Below, piece by piece: positions 53,408 through 62,465 of a stretch of 64,000 bases of DNA. The first letter of the stretch is position 1, and each line of letters begins with the position of its first letter. The position numbers and the translations under genes were made by a program. This DNA comes from an uncultured Pseudomonadota bacterium (lineage in GTDB: Bacteria > Pseudomonadota > Gammaproteobacteria > Methylococcales > Methylomonadaceae): the NCBI GenBank assembly GCA_903876445.1, contig CAIQZX010000011.1:1543-65542 (forward strand). The letters run 5' to 3'. The notes below the pieces were generated by a model. The model searched no databases. It saw only the letters and a list, made by a program, of their open reading frames with translations, and was not told where the DNA came from.

Positions 53408-54633
53408 TGAAAACTTATCTTGTAGGTGGTGCAGTTCGCGATAAATTATTAAATCGTCCAGTCACAGAACGCGATTGGGTTGTTTTAGGAGAAACACCTG
53501 AATCGATGTTGCAACAAGGATTTCGAGCAGTCGGTAAAGATTTCCCTGTTTTTTTACATCCAAAAACAAGCGAAGAATATGCCCTTGCGCGAAAAGAACG
53601 GAAAACCGCAAAAGGCTATAAAGGTTTTTGTGTCGATGCCTCGCCGGATGTCACGTTGGAACAAGATTTATTGCGTCGTGATTTAACCATTAACGCCATG
53701 GCGATGACCGATAAAGGTGAAGTGATTGATCCTTTTGGTGGTCAAAAAGATCTACAAAAACGATTATTTCGTCATGTCTCGCCCGCATTCGTTGAAGATC
53801 CTGTGAGAATTTTACGCATTGCACGATTTGCCGCGCGTTACGCGCGACTTGGATTTACTATTGCGCCAGAAACACAATTGTTAATGCGTGATATGGTTAA
53901 TGCTGGCGAAATAGATGCACTTGTTCCGGAACGCATTTGGGCAGAAGTGGTCAAAGCGTTAAATGAAACTCAACCGTCAGCGTTTTTTTATATATTAAAA
54001 AATTGTGGCGCATTGGCAAGAATTTTTCCTGAAATTAACGCACTTTTTGGTGTGCCGCAACCCGAAAAATATCATCCTGAAATTGATACCGGCGTGCATA
54101 GTTTAATGGCGTTAGAACAAGCGACGTTGTTATCGCCCTGTTTAGAAGTCCGCTTTGCAGCATTAGTGCATGATTTAGGCAAAGCTCTTTCACCTGAAAA
54201 TAATTTACCGCATCATTATGGACACGAATTGAAAGGTGTGAAACTCGTTGAGAAATTGTGCCATCGATTACGAGTGCCTAATCATTTCAAAACCTTAGCG
54301 TTACACGTTACGCAATATCATACACATTGCCACACAATCGGAAATTTAAATGCCACAACGATTGTGGATTTGTTACAAACGTTAGGTGCATTTAAACCGA
54401 CTAATCAGTTACCAGAATTCATTTTAGCGTGCAAAGCGGATGCGCGTGGAAGATTGGGATTTGAAAATACTGATTACCTATCAGGAAAAATTTTTACTGA
54501 AATCGCTAAAATTGCCGCAAATGTTGATACGTCTGCGGCATTAAATTCAGGTTTGGAAGGTAAAAAAATCGGTGAAGCCATTCGAAAAATACGAATTCAC
54601 GCGGTAAAAATTGCCGCTACTAAAAAACCATGA
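53407..54633 (+). CDS. cca: Multifunctional CCA-adding enzyme (tRNA nucleotidyltransferase with HD domain)
   Basis: MKTYLVGGAVRDKLL..P..ERDWVV, RRDLTINAMA and an HD domain (HDLGK) are present. It is 408 aa, like E. coli Cca. Confidence 0.93.
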   Translation: MKTYLVGGAVRDKLLNRPVTERDWVVLGETPESMLQQGFRAVGKDFPVFLHPKTSEEYALARKERKTAKGYKGFCVDASPDVTLEQDLLRRDLTINAMAMTDKGEVIDPFGGQKDLQKRLFRHVSPAFVEDPVRILRIARFAARYARLGFTIAPETQLLMRDMVNAGEIDALVPERIWAEVVKALNETQPSAFFYILKNCGALARIFPEINALFGVPQPEKYHPEIDTGVHSLMALEQATLLSPCLEVRFAALVHDLGKALSPENNLPHHYGHELKGVKLVEKLCHRLRVPNHFKTLALHVTQYHTHCHTIGNLNATTIVDLLQTLGAFKPTNQLPEFILACKADARGRLGFENTDYLSGKIFTEIAKIAANVDTSAALNSGLEGKKIGEAIRKIRIHAVKIAATKKP

Positions 54634-54888
54634 AAAACCATAAAATCTATAATTTTCCAGTATTTATTAACACCGTCAACACAGAAGCTATGAAAATCTT
54701 ACTCTGCTCTTGTGTACTTTTAAAGTCTGGCTGTAATGTGTCCCGACTGTTTTTATAAAGCCACTAAGCCTAACGGATTTTTTAACGTGAAACTTGGTTT
54801 TCGTTCCACGAAAAGCATTTTACATAAATAATAACTTCATGAAAAACAATAGATTAAAACGAACTGTTACTTACCCGTACAAAAATTA

Positions 54889-57708
54889 TTAGCGAGTAAT
54901 TACAACTCGAACAGCGTCCAAACGTAATTGTGCGATTTGGATATTTTCATGAATCAAAAGTGTTTTATCTTTTAAATCTTCGATTTCATCGCTTTTAATA
55001 CTCGGATTCACTTTCTGTAAACGCACTAAACGTTTAATTTCGGTCGTTAAAGAATCTAACATGGTGGTTGTTGCTTGTTCACAAATGACGGTTTTTTTAG
55101 CTTGTGCCTGTTGTTCTGCAAACGCGAGTAATTTTAAAATCAACTGACGTTGTTTATTTAAAAATACGGTAATTGCGTGTTTATCAAAATTTGCACCGCA
55201 ATCAATCAAACTTTCATGTGAAAAATCTGCCGTAACATCTTTTTGTAATTGGTTAATCAAAACGCGAATCGGCGTATGAGGTAAAAAACGGTTAATTTGT
55301 AATTCAGCCGGCGCACTATGCTCTACAACAAACAAGCATTCGAGTAAAAATTGCCCCGCTTTTAAATCAGGATGTTTAATACTACTTAGCGTTGCATTAC
55401 CGGTTTCACTCGACAAAACCATATCCATTGACGCGGTGACAAGAGGATGCTCCCACGTCAAAAATTGTAATTCTTCACGCGCTAAGGCTTGAGCGCGTGA
55501 TACTGTGACTGTTAAACCATCATCTTGATTCAAATACGGAAACGTTTCACAACGCAAATGTTCACTTGGTGTCAGTGTATGTGTCACAGAAGAAATTTCT
55601 TCAGTATCAACACCGTAACAATCAAACACGGATTCCATATAATCCCAAAGTATTCCTTCATTTTCATACGCTGATAACTCATGAATATAGTTTTCTGCTA
55701 TTTCTTTGCGACAGGAATTGAGTTCTAAAAGTTGGTCTCGTCCATGATTTAATTCTGCTTCAACTTTCAAACTTAAAGCGTGTGTTTTCTGAATAAAAGC
55801 ATCAATTTCTTGTGCCGATTCACTATTCAAAAGTGTTTTTAATTCGTTATGCAGCGTATCTGCAACTTGTTGAGCCGCCGAATTATTAGCACGGAACGCA
55901 TTTAATCCTTCATCGTACCAACGATATAAAATCGCTTGTTCTGTGTTTTCTAAATACGGAACATGAATTTGAATAACGTGTTTTTGCCCAATACGGTCTA
56001 AACGCCCAATACGTTGTTGCAACAAATCTGGATTCAACGGCAAATCCCATAAAATCAAATGTTGTAAAAATTGGAAATTTCGCCCTTCACTGCCAATTTC
56101 AGAACAAATCAGCAAACGTGCGCTACTTTCTTCGTCAGCAAAATAAGCCGCCGCGCGGTCACGCTCAATAATTGTCATGTGTTCATGGAAAACTGCCGAG
56201 GCAATACCTGCTCGCATTTTTAAGGTTTCTTCTAAATCTATGGCTGTTTGGGCTTCTTTACAAATCAACAATGCCTTTTTGCCCGCAAGTTGTTTTACTT
56301 TTTCAACGAGCCATAAATAACGGGCATCATTTTGCAAATCCGTTTCGTTAAAATTACCATTCAACGCATAACCAAAGTATTCACGTTCTGGAAAACCTTG
56401 TACTGTTTGGCGAGAATTCCGAAATAAAATGCGTCCTGTACCGTGATGATCAAGCAGAATGTTAATTAAAGTTTGACGTGCAGCAGCAGATTTCTCAGTA
56501 TCGTTTAAATTCGCTAACGTTTTCGATACGTTGTCATCTTTAAGCAAATTTGCTAACGCCTGTTGCTCTTCGACCGTTAACGACTTTTCAGCCAGCAATG
56601 CTTTTGCCGCATTTGCGACGGGTTCGAAGGATTTTTCTTCTTCTGAAAATGCAGCGAAACTGTAAAAACGGTCAGGATCTAATAATCGCAAACGTGCAAA
56701 ATGACTTTCTTTGCCGAGTTGTTCTGGTGTCGCAGTAAGTAAAATTAAACTGGGCGAAATTTGTCCCAATTGTTCAACAAATAAATAATCCGCACTAGGT
56801 GACGTTTCTGACCATTCTAAATGATGCGCTTCATCGACAATAACCATATCCCAACCCGCATCTAAGGCTTGTTCTTGACGATTTGAATAATTAGAAAAAA
56901 ACGACTGACTACATAAAACCAGTTGCTCAGACAAAAATGGATTCGCTTGATTATATAAATCGGCTTTTTCTTCATCATCAAATCCATCATCACCGATTTC
57001 ACTCAAACAACGCATTTCGTCAAAAATACTAAATTTCAAATTGAAACGGCGCAACATTTCAACTAACCATTGATGCAACAAACTTTCTGGGACGATAATT
57101 AAAATGCGTTTGCTCAATCCGTTAATCAAACGATGATGAATAATTAAACCCGCCTCAATCGTTTTTCCTAAACCGACTTCATCTGCCAGCATAATTCTTG
57201 GCGCAGCACGGTTTGCCGCTTCTTGAGAAATAAAAATTTGATGCGGGATTAACGCTGCGCGTCCACCAAGCAATCCTTTTACAGGTGATTTTGCATGTTG
57301 TTGCAAATGCTGCCAGGTTTCATAACGCAAGGAAAACCATGCGTTCGGGTCAGTTTGTCCAGTAAACAAACGCTCTTCGGGTTTGTTAAATTGACTGTGA
57401 TGATTTAAATCCATTTCTTCAAGTTCAATGGTTTCATCATTTTCATTTTTACAAATATAAGTCAAAATCCCTGCATTTTCAGTGACTTTTAAAACGGTTA
57501 ATTTTTCGTCTTCAACCGATTCGATATTATCGCCAACCGAAAAACGGACGCGCGTTAACGGTGCGTTATCAGCGGCATAAATCCGTTTTTCGTCACACGC
57601 TAAAAATAAAACAGAGATTCGATTAAAACTGACTTCGAGAATTAACCCTAAGCCCAATTCAGATTCGGTGTTGCTAATCCAACGTTGACCTGCGATGAAA
57701 TTTTCCAT
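54889..57708 (-). CDS. rapA: RNA polymerase-associated SWI2/SNF2 ATPase RapA (HepA)
   Basis: The N-terminus GQRWISNTESELGLG is present with helicase motifs LADEVGLGKT and DEAHHLE, in 939 aa. Confidence 0.94.
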   Translation of the reverse strand: MENFIAGQRWISNTESELGLGLILEVSFNRISVLFLACDEKRIYAADNAPLTRVRFSVGDNIESVEDEKLTVLKVTENAGILTYICKNENDETIELEEMDLNHHSQFNKPEERLFTGQTDPNAWFSLRYETWQHLQQHAKSPVKGLLGGRAALIPHQIFISQEAANRAAPRIMLADEVGLGKTIEAGLIIHHRLINGLSKRILIIVPESLLHQWLVEMLRRFNLKFSIFDEMRCLSEIGDDGFDDEEKADLYNQANPFLSEQLVLCSQSFFSNYSNRQEQALDAGWDMVIVDEAHHLEWSETSPSADYLFVEQLGQISPSLILLTATPEQLGKESHFARLRLLDPDRFYSFAAFSEEEKSFEPVANAAKALLAEKSLTVEEQQALANLLKDDNVSKTLANLNDTEKSAAARQTLINILLDHHGTGRILFRNSRQTVQGFPEREYFGYALNGNFNETDLQNDARYLWLVEKVKQLAGKKALLICKEAQTAIDLEETLKMRAGIASAVFHEHMTIIERDRAAAYFADEESSARLLICSEIGSEGRNFQFLQHLILWDLPLNPDLLQQRIGRLDRIGQKHVIQIHVPYLENTEQAILYRWYDEGLNAFRANNSAAQQVADTLHNELKTLLNSESAQEIDAFIQKTHALSLKVEAELNHGRDQLLELNSCRKEIAENYIHELSAYENEGILWDYMESVFDCYGVDTEEISSVTHTLTPSEHLRCETFPYLNQDDGLTVTVSRAQALAREELQFLTWEHPLVTASMDMVLSSETGNATLSSIKHPDLKAGQFLLECLFVVEHSAPAELQINRFLPHTPIRVLINQLQKDVTADFSHESLIDCGANFDKHAITVFLNKQRQLILKLLAFAEQQAQAKKTVICEQATTTMLDSLTTEIKRLVRLQKVNPSIKSDEIEDLKDKTLLIHENIQIAQLRLDAVRVVITR

Positions 57709-57806
57709 TGATGATTCTGCCCTGACGTGTATTTTAAAAAGTAGGAATGGCGCGTATTATAAGCCGTAAAAGAAGGTTTTGTTTTGACAAAATAAAAAGG
57801 TGAATT

Positions 57807-58184
57807 ATGAAAAAATTAGTCGCAATTTTAATCGCGTTGAATTGCGTTTGTGCAAATGCGAATGACCGTTACGCGCATGAATACTCCAGTGACGATTATA
57901 ATGAACGAGAAGAAAGGTACGAGCAAAAAGAATGGCATGAGAATAACGCTCAACCGCGTTATCAACAAAATCGTCAGCAATCACCAATTCAGATTTATTT
58001 GTCACCAAAATTGAATTCTTATTCGTTAGGTAATAATTCCTATCAACAACGCCATCCACACCATCATAGAGAAGAACGTTATAGAGAAGATCAACGTTGG
58101 CGTGATCGTCGTGAAGAATTAGAATGGCAGCCGCAAACGCCCTATTATGAAAATCAATTTAACCGGGATGACACGCATTGGTAA
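57807..58184 (+). CDS. Small secreted protein rich in R/E/Q/Y/H/W
   Basis: It has a signal peptide (MKKLVAILIALNCVCANA) and an AAGGTG Shine-Dalgarno 6 nt upstream. ERY/RY motifs repeat and there is a HPHHHREERYRED stretch. I recognise no family. Confidence 0.45.
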   Translation: MKKLVAILIALNCVCANANDRYAHEYSSDDYNEREERYEQKEWHENNAQPRYQQNRQQSPIQIYLSPKLNSYSLGNNSYQQRHPHHHREERYREDQRWRDRREELEWQPQTPYYENQFNRDDTHW

Positions 58185-58220
58185 CAACAAAAAATAGTTA
58201 CAAAAAAACTATATACGCAA

Positions 58221-58255
58221 AAAATCCGCCTACTTTTTCAAGTGAGACGGATTTT
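58221..58255. terminator. Bidirectional terminator between the small secreted-protein gene and rplT
   Basis: aaaatccg-c-ct...ag-a-cggatttt forms an 8 plus 2 bp stem with one mismatch and a 13-nt loop. An A-run and a T-run flank it. Confidence 0.5.
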
Positions 58256-58285
58256 TGAGTTTTAATCGCAAATTAAAATTTTAAT

Positions 58286-58651
58286 TTACGAAAGCGCACT
58301 CATGTTTGCTTTTGCTATTTCAGCAATTTTGCCGAATGCAGCAATATCCCGAACAGCAATATCAGCTAACACTTTACGATCGATTTTAACGTTCGCTTTC
58401 GTCAAGCCGTTGATTAAACGGCTGTAGGAAATACCAAACATCCGCGAAGCTGCGTTAATACGAACAATCCATAATGCACGGAATTGACGTTTTCTTTGTT
58501 TGCGATCGCGGTACGCATACTGACCTGCTTTGATTACCGCTTGTTTTGCAACACGGTAAACGCGGCTTCTCGCGCCATAATAACCTTTTGCTTGTTTAAG
58601 AACTTTTTTATGTCTTGCTCTGGCTGTAACGCCACGTTTTACTCTAGGCAT
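58286..58651 (-). CDS. rplT: 50S ribosomal protein L20
   Basis: [47 protein letters not shown]+.+KR.FR.LWI.RINAA is near-identical in pattern to E. coli L20. Confidence 0.98.
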   Translation of the reverse strand: MPRVKRGVTARARHKKVLKQAKGYYGARSRVYRVAKQAVIKAGQYAYRDRKQRKRQFRALWIVRINAASRMFGISYSRLINGLTKANVKIDRKVLADIAVRDIAAFGKIAEIAKANMSALS

Positions 58652-58667
58652 GATTTATCTCCGATTA

Positions 58668-58865
58668 TTAAAGGTAAGGAATCATGCGGTTTGCCATGCG
58701 TAAATCTGAAGCGTGTACATGGTTTGGCGAGCGCAATTGTCTTTTTCTTTTAGTTGTTTTTTTCGTCAAAATATGACGACGGTGTGAATGACCACACTTA
58801 ATACCGCCGTTACCCGTACGCTTGAAGCGTTTCGCGGCACCGCGATTAGTTTTGATTTTTGGCAT
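58668..58865 (-). CDS. rpmI: 50S ribosomal protein L35
   Basis: [34 protein letters not shown] in 65 aa. Confidence 0.98.
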   Translation of the reverse strand: MPKIKTNRGAAKRFKRTGNGGIKCGHSHRRHILTKKTTKRKRQLRSPNHVHASDLRMANRMIPYL

Positions 58866-58974
58866 TTGTTTTCTCCAAAATAAGTTAAAAATTTCCCTAC
58901 AAAAAAGTTCGCAAAGGCAAAATGCAAGGCACTAAGCAAAACAAAAGTCGCACTTCCTATACGACCTAAAACCA

Positions 58975-59499
58975 CTATTTTTTCTTTTTAGGCGCAAGAA
59001 CCATGACCATTTGCCGCCCTTCCATTTTTGGAAATTGCTCAACAATCGCTAATTCTTCCAAATCCTTTTCGATACGCTTGAGGACATCCATCCCCAATTC
59101 CTTATGCGCCATTTCACGACCTCGATAACGCAACGTAATTTTGGTTTTATCGCCTTCGGTCAAGAACTTAATCAAATTTTTGAGCTTAACTTGATAATCA
59201 CCTTCATCCGTTCCAGGTCTGAATTTGATTTCTTTAATCTGAATTTGCTTTTGCTTTTTCTTAGCAACGGCTAATTTTTTGCTCTGTTCAAACTGAAACT
59301 TGCCGTAGTTCATAATTTTACAAACTGGCGGATCGGCGTTTGGCGAAATTTCAACTAAATCCAAATCCGCATCGTAAGCAATTCTTTTTGCTTCATCGAG
59401 CGGCATAATACCGAGTGCTTCACCCTCTGCGCCTGTTACTCGAACCCGCCGTGCGGTAATCGAATCATTTAAGCGCGTTTCATCTTTTTTCGCAGCGAT
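58975..59499 (-). CDS. infC: Translation initiation factor IF-3, apparently initiating at a non-canonical AUC codon
   Basis: The ORF track begins at the internal Met 59406. The conserved IF3 N-terminus ([30 protein letters not shown]) continues upstream in frame to an ATC at 59499-59497. That ATC is preceded by GGT and then a TAA stop, with a GGAGGA 7 nt upstream. Confidence 0.88.
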   Translation of the reverse strand: MAAKKDETRLNDSITARRVRVTGAEGEALGIMPLDEAKRIAYDADLDLVEISPNADPPVCKIMNYGKFQFEQSKKLAVAKKKQKQIQIKEIKFRPGTDEGDYQVKLKNLIKFLTEGDKTKITLRYRGREMAHKELGMDVLKRIEKDLEELAIVEQFPKMEGRQMVMVLAPKKKK

Positions 59500-59519
59500 A
59501 CCTTAATCCTCCACGTTAA

Positions 59520-61430
59520 TTATTCTTTGTTTGCGACAACTTGTGCGAGTTTCTCACTAAAGTCTTCTATCGACAAACTACCTAAGTCTTCACCCTTCTG
59601 TGTGCGAACCGTTATTTTTTGTTGTTCTAATTCTTTGTCACCAATAATGACAAGGTACGGGACACGTTGCATAGAATGCTCACGGATTTTAAACCCGATT
59701 TTTTCATTTCTCAAGTCAATTTTGACACGAATGCCTTTAGATTCAAGGATTTTGAATACTTGTTGCGCGTAATCGTTATAACGATCTGCAATGGTTAGAA
59801 CCTGAACTTGAACAGGCGCAAGCCATGCAGGGAAAGTTCCTGCGTGTTGCTCAATTAGAATTCCAGTAAATCGTTCGAGTGATCCTAAAATCGCACGATG
59901 TAACATCACAGGCACTTGCCGCGAGCCATCTTCAGCAACAAAACTCGCACCTAAACGCCCCGGCATTGAAAAATCAACCTGAATTGTGCCGCATTGCCAA
60001 ACCCGACCGATACAATCTTTTAAGGAAAATTCAATTTTAGGACCATAAAATGCGCCCTCACCAGGTTGCAATTCCCACGCTAAATTTTTTGCATTTAACG
60101 CAAGCTCTAACGCAGCTTCTGCTTTATCCCAAATATCATCGCTACCTACTCGATTTTCAGGGCGTGTGGAAAGTTTAATAATGACATCGTCAAAACCGAA
60201 ATCTTTATACACATCAAAAAGTAATTCTATAAAAGTAGCGACTTCGTCTTGAATTTGTGATTCCGCGCAGAAAATATGAGCATCATCTTGGACGAAATTA
60301 CGCACCCGCATCAAACCGTGTAATGTGCCAGATGGCTCATTACGATGACAAGAACCAAACTCCGCTAAACGTATCGGCAGGTCTCGGTAACTTTTCATTC
60401 CTTGATTAAAAATTTGTACATGACACGGACAATTCATCGGTTTAATGGCGTAATCCCGATTTTCAGAATGCGACGTAAAAATCATCGCTCCAAATTTGTC
60501 CCAATGCCCTGATTTTTCCCACAAAGAACGGTCAACCAGTTGCGGCGTTCTAACTTCGCCGTAACCATTCACCCGCAATTTCTCACGAATGTATTGTTCG
60601 ATTTGTTGGTAAATTGTCCAGCCTTTTTCATGCCAAAACACCATACCCGGTGCTTCTTCTTGAATATGAAAAAAGTCTAGTGTTTTAGCCAATTTTCGAT
60701 GGTCACGCTTTTCGGCTTCTTCCAAGCGAGTTAAATACGCCTGCAATTCTTTTTTATCACGCCATGCCGTACCATAAATGCGTTGCAACATTTCATTTTT
60801 TGCATCACCACGCCAATACGCACCTGCGATTTTCATCAATTTAAACGCACCTAATTTTCCTGTATTCGGAACATGAGGACCTCGACACAAATCAGTGAAA
60901 TTACCTTGATTGTAAAGTGATAAATCTTGATCAGCAGGAATAGATGCGATTATTTCAGCTTTATATTTTTCGCCTTGATTTTTGAAAAATGCTACTGCTT
61001 CATCACGCGATAAAACAGAACGTGAAATAGGTGTATTTTCAGAAACCAATTGCTGCATTTTTGCTTCAATTGCTGTTAAATCATCTGGCGTAAAAGCACG
61101 AGAATAGGCAAAATCATAATAAAAGCCATTTTCAATCACAGGTCCAATGGTGACTTGTGCTTCAGGAAATAATTGCTTGACGGCTTGTGCTAAAAGATGA
61201 GCGGTTGAATGACGAATAATATCAACACCATCATCATCTTTTGCTGTAATAATCTGCAATTGAGCATCATTTTCGATAATTGTGCTGGCATCAACGAGTT
61301 GACCGTTGACTTTTCCTGCGAGCGTTGCTTTCGCAAGCCCTGCACCGATAGATTGAGCAATATCCATGACGCTTATTGGTGCGTCGTAGTTGCGTTGAGA
61401 ACCGTCTGGAAGCGTAATAACTAGCATCAT
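59520..61430 (-). CDS. thrS: Threonyl-tRNA synthetase
   Basis: [25 protein letters not shown]... is colinear with E. coli ThrRS. The start is taken at the tandem ATGs at 61430/61427, not the ORF-track start at 61454. Confidence 0.96.
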   Translation of the reverse strand: MMLVITLPDGSQRNYDAPISVMDIAQSIGAGLAKATLAGKVNGQLVDASTIIENDAQLQIITAKDDDGVDIIRHSTAHLLAQAVKQLFPEAQVTIGPVIENGFYYDFAYSRAFTPDDLTAIEAKMQQLVSENTPISRSVLSRDEAVAFFKNQGEKYKAEIIASIPADQDLSLYNQGNFTDLCRGPHVPNTGKLGAFKLMKIAGAYWRGDAKNEMLQRIYGTAWRDKKELQAYLTRLEEAEKRDHRKLAKTLDFFHIQEEAPGMVFWHEKGWTIYQQIEQYIREKLRVNGYGEVRTPQLVDRSLWEKSGHWDKFGAMIFTSHSENRDYAIKPMNCPCHVQIFNQGMKSYRDLPIRLAEFGSCHRNEPSGTLHGLMRVRNFVQDDAHIFCAESQIQDEVATFIELLFDVYKDFGFDDVIIKLSTRPENRVGSDDIWDKAEAALELALNAKNLAWELQPGEGAFYGPKIEFSLKDCIGRVWQCGTIQVDFSMPGRLGASFVAEDGSRQVPVMLHRAILGSLERFTGILIEQHAGTFPAWLAPVQVQVLTIADRYNDYAQQVFKILESKGIRVKIDLRNEKIGFKIREHSMQRVPYLVIIGDKELEQQKITVRTQKGEDLGSLSIEDFSEKLAQVVANKE

Positions 61431-61451
61431 CAAAAACCGTAAAAAGTAGCA

Positions 61452-61483
61452 CAATAAAAAAAAGCACCGACTAGCAGTGCTTT
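61452..61483 (-). terminator. Rho-independent terminator after tRNA-Val
   Basis: The minus-strand RNA reads AAAGCAC-UGCUAGUCG-GUGCUUU followed by UUUUUUAUUG. It lies 10 nt downstream of the tRNA 3' end and about 20 nt upstream of the thrS start. Confidence 0.6.
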
Positions 61484-61492
61484 ATATTTGTT

Positions 61493-61569
61493 TGGTAGGC
61501 ACGAGTGGACTCGAACCACCGACCCCCACCATGTCAAGGTGGTGCTCTAACCAACTGAGCTACGCGCCT
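61493..61569 (-). tRNA. tRNA-Val (anticodon GAC)
   Basis: The reverse complement reads AGGCGCGTAGCTCAGTTGGTTAGAGCACCACCTTGACATGGTGGGGGTCGGTGGTTCGAGTCCACTCGTGCCTACCA. It folds as a cloverleaf with a 7-bp acceptor stem (one G-U), anticodon loop TTGACAT, a GTTCGAGTC T-loop and an encoded CCA. It is close to E. coli tRNA-Val(GAC). Confidence 0.95.
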
Positions 61570-61594
61570 GAAATTCTTTAACTTCAGTCAGGCG

Positions 61595-61622
61595 ATTATA
61601 TCAACTCATTCATTTTTGGCAA
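61595..61622 (-). promoter_or_regulatory. Sigma70-type promoter for tRNA-Val (and possibly thrS read-through)
   Basis: The minus strand reads TTGCCA, a 16-nt spacer, TATAAT and then a GC-rich discriminator CGCC. The -10 element ends about 25 nt upstream of the mature tRNA 5' end. Confidence 0.55.
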
Positions 61623-61778
61623 CATTTTTACGCATTTTTTTGTTTTTTTGTGAATAATTTGAAATTTCCACCTGAATTTTAAACGTCAATATAGATTGTG
61701 AACTACATCACAGTTTTTAACATGAGAATGCAGTACAGTTGCCATCTTTGATTTTCCCATCTCTAAATTAAATTTCCT

Positions 61779-62462
61779 ATGTTGACACACGCTCCTATTT
61801 TCAAAAATCTTAACTTACTATTCGTTGATGACAACATCGATGTGAGTGCTGGCGCGTATCAACTTCTATCTAGTTGTTTCAAATCTATGTATTTAGCGAA
61901 TAATGTCGAAAATGCACTTAAATTTTATTATGAAAAAAACATCGATATTATTATTACTGACATTAAAATGCCAAATAGCGACGGACTATCTTTAATTGCC
62001 GAAATTCGCAAAGAAGACTGCCATACTGCGATTATCATTTTGACTGCATTTACTGATACCGATTATTTATTACGCGCCGCAAATTCGCAAATTGATGCTT
62101 ACATCACAAAACCACTTAATTTTTCCAAGTTAAATACCGCATTAGATGCTGCGATTAAACGCATAGAATGGAAATTAGAACCCATTAAAATTACCGAAAA
62201 CACCCTCTACCATTCACCTACAAAAAAGTTGATTGTGAATAATGAAGACATAAGTTTAGGTAACAAAGAATGTTTGTTGTTGGAACTGCTTTTATTTAGT
62301 AAAAACCGCATCGTTAATAAATCGGAAATTAAAGACATCGTCTGGGGAAATCAAGATATGACAGATGCGGCATTAAAAAATTTGTTGGGCGAATTACGCC
62401 GAAAATTGCAATATGATGTCATTAAAAATCAACCCTCACGCGGTTGGTATATTGAAATTTAG
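61779..62462 (+). CDS. OmpR-family response regulator (receiver plus winged-helix)
   Basis: LLFVDDN, IIITDIKMPNSDG, ILTAF and YITKP form an intact receiver. The C-terminal winged-helix pattern is (L..KE..LLELL......V.....I....W) ...LR+KL. Confidence 0.8.
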   Translation: MLTHAPIFKNLNLLFVDDNIDVSAGAYQLLSSCFKSMYLANNVENALKFYYEKNIDIIITDIKMPNSDGLSLIAEIRKEDCHTAIIILTAFTDTDYLLRAANSQIDAYITKPLNFSKLNTALDAAIKRIEWKLEPIKITENTLYHSPTKKLIVNNEDISLGNKECLLLELLLFSKNRIVNKSEIKDIVWGNQDMTDAALKNLLGELRRKLQYDVIKNQPSRGWYIEI

Positions 62463-62465
62463 TTT

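Noticed and set aside
54634-54888. A 255-nt gap between cca and rapA, containing a 22-codon lipoprotein-like mini-ORF (MKILLCSCVLLKSGC...) and imperfect hairpins (54724-54748 and near 54785-54810).
   Set aside because: There is no convincing Shine-Dalgarno sequence or promoter, and the hairpins carry mismatches. The evidence is insufficient to call an sRNA, a small protein or a terminator.
57805-58059. An 84-aa minus-strand ORF opposite the small secreted-protein gene.
   Set aside because: The plus-strand ORF has a signal peptide, a Shine-Dalgarno sequence and a terminator. The minus-strand ORF has none of these and would have to initiate inside the rapA promoter region.
58866-58974. An L20 translational operator or pseudoknot in the infC-rpmI spacer, plus the 69-aa ORF at 58766-58975.
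   Set aside because: I could find only 4-bp helices by eye and cannot support a structure without folding or covariation analysis. The ORF overlaps rpmI and the spacer and looks spurious.
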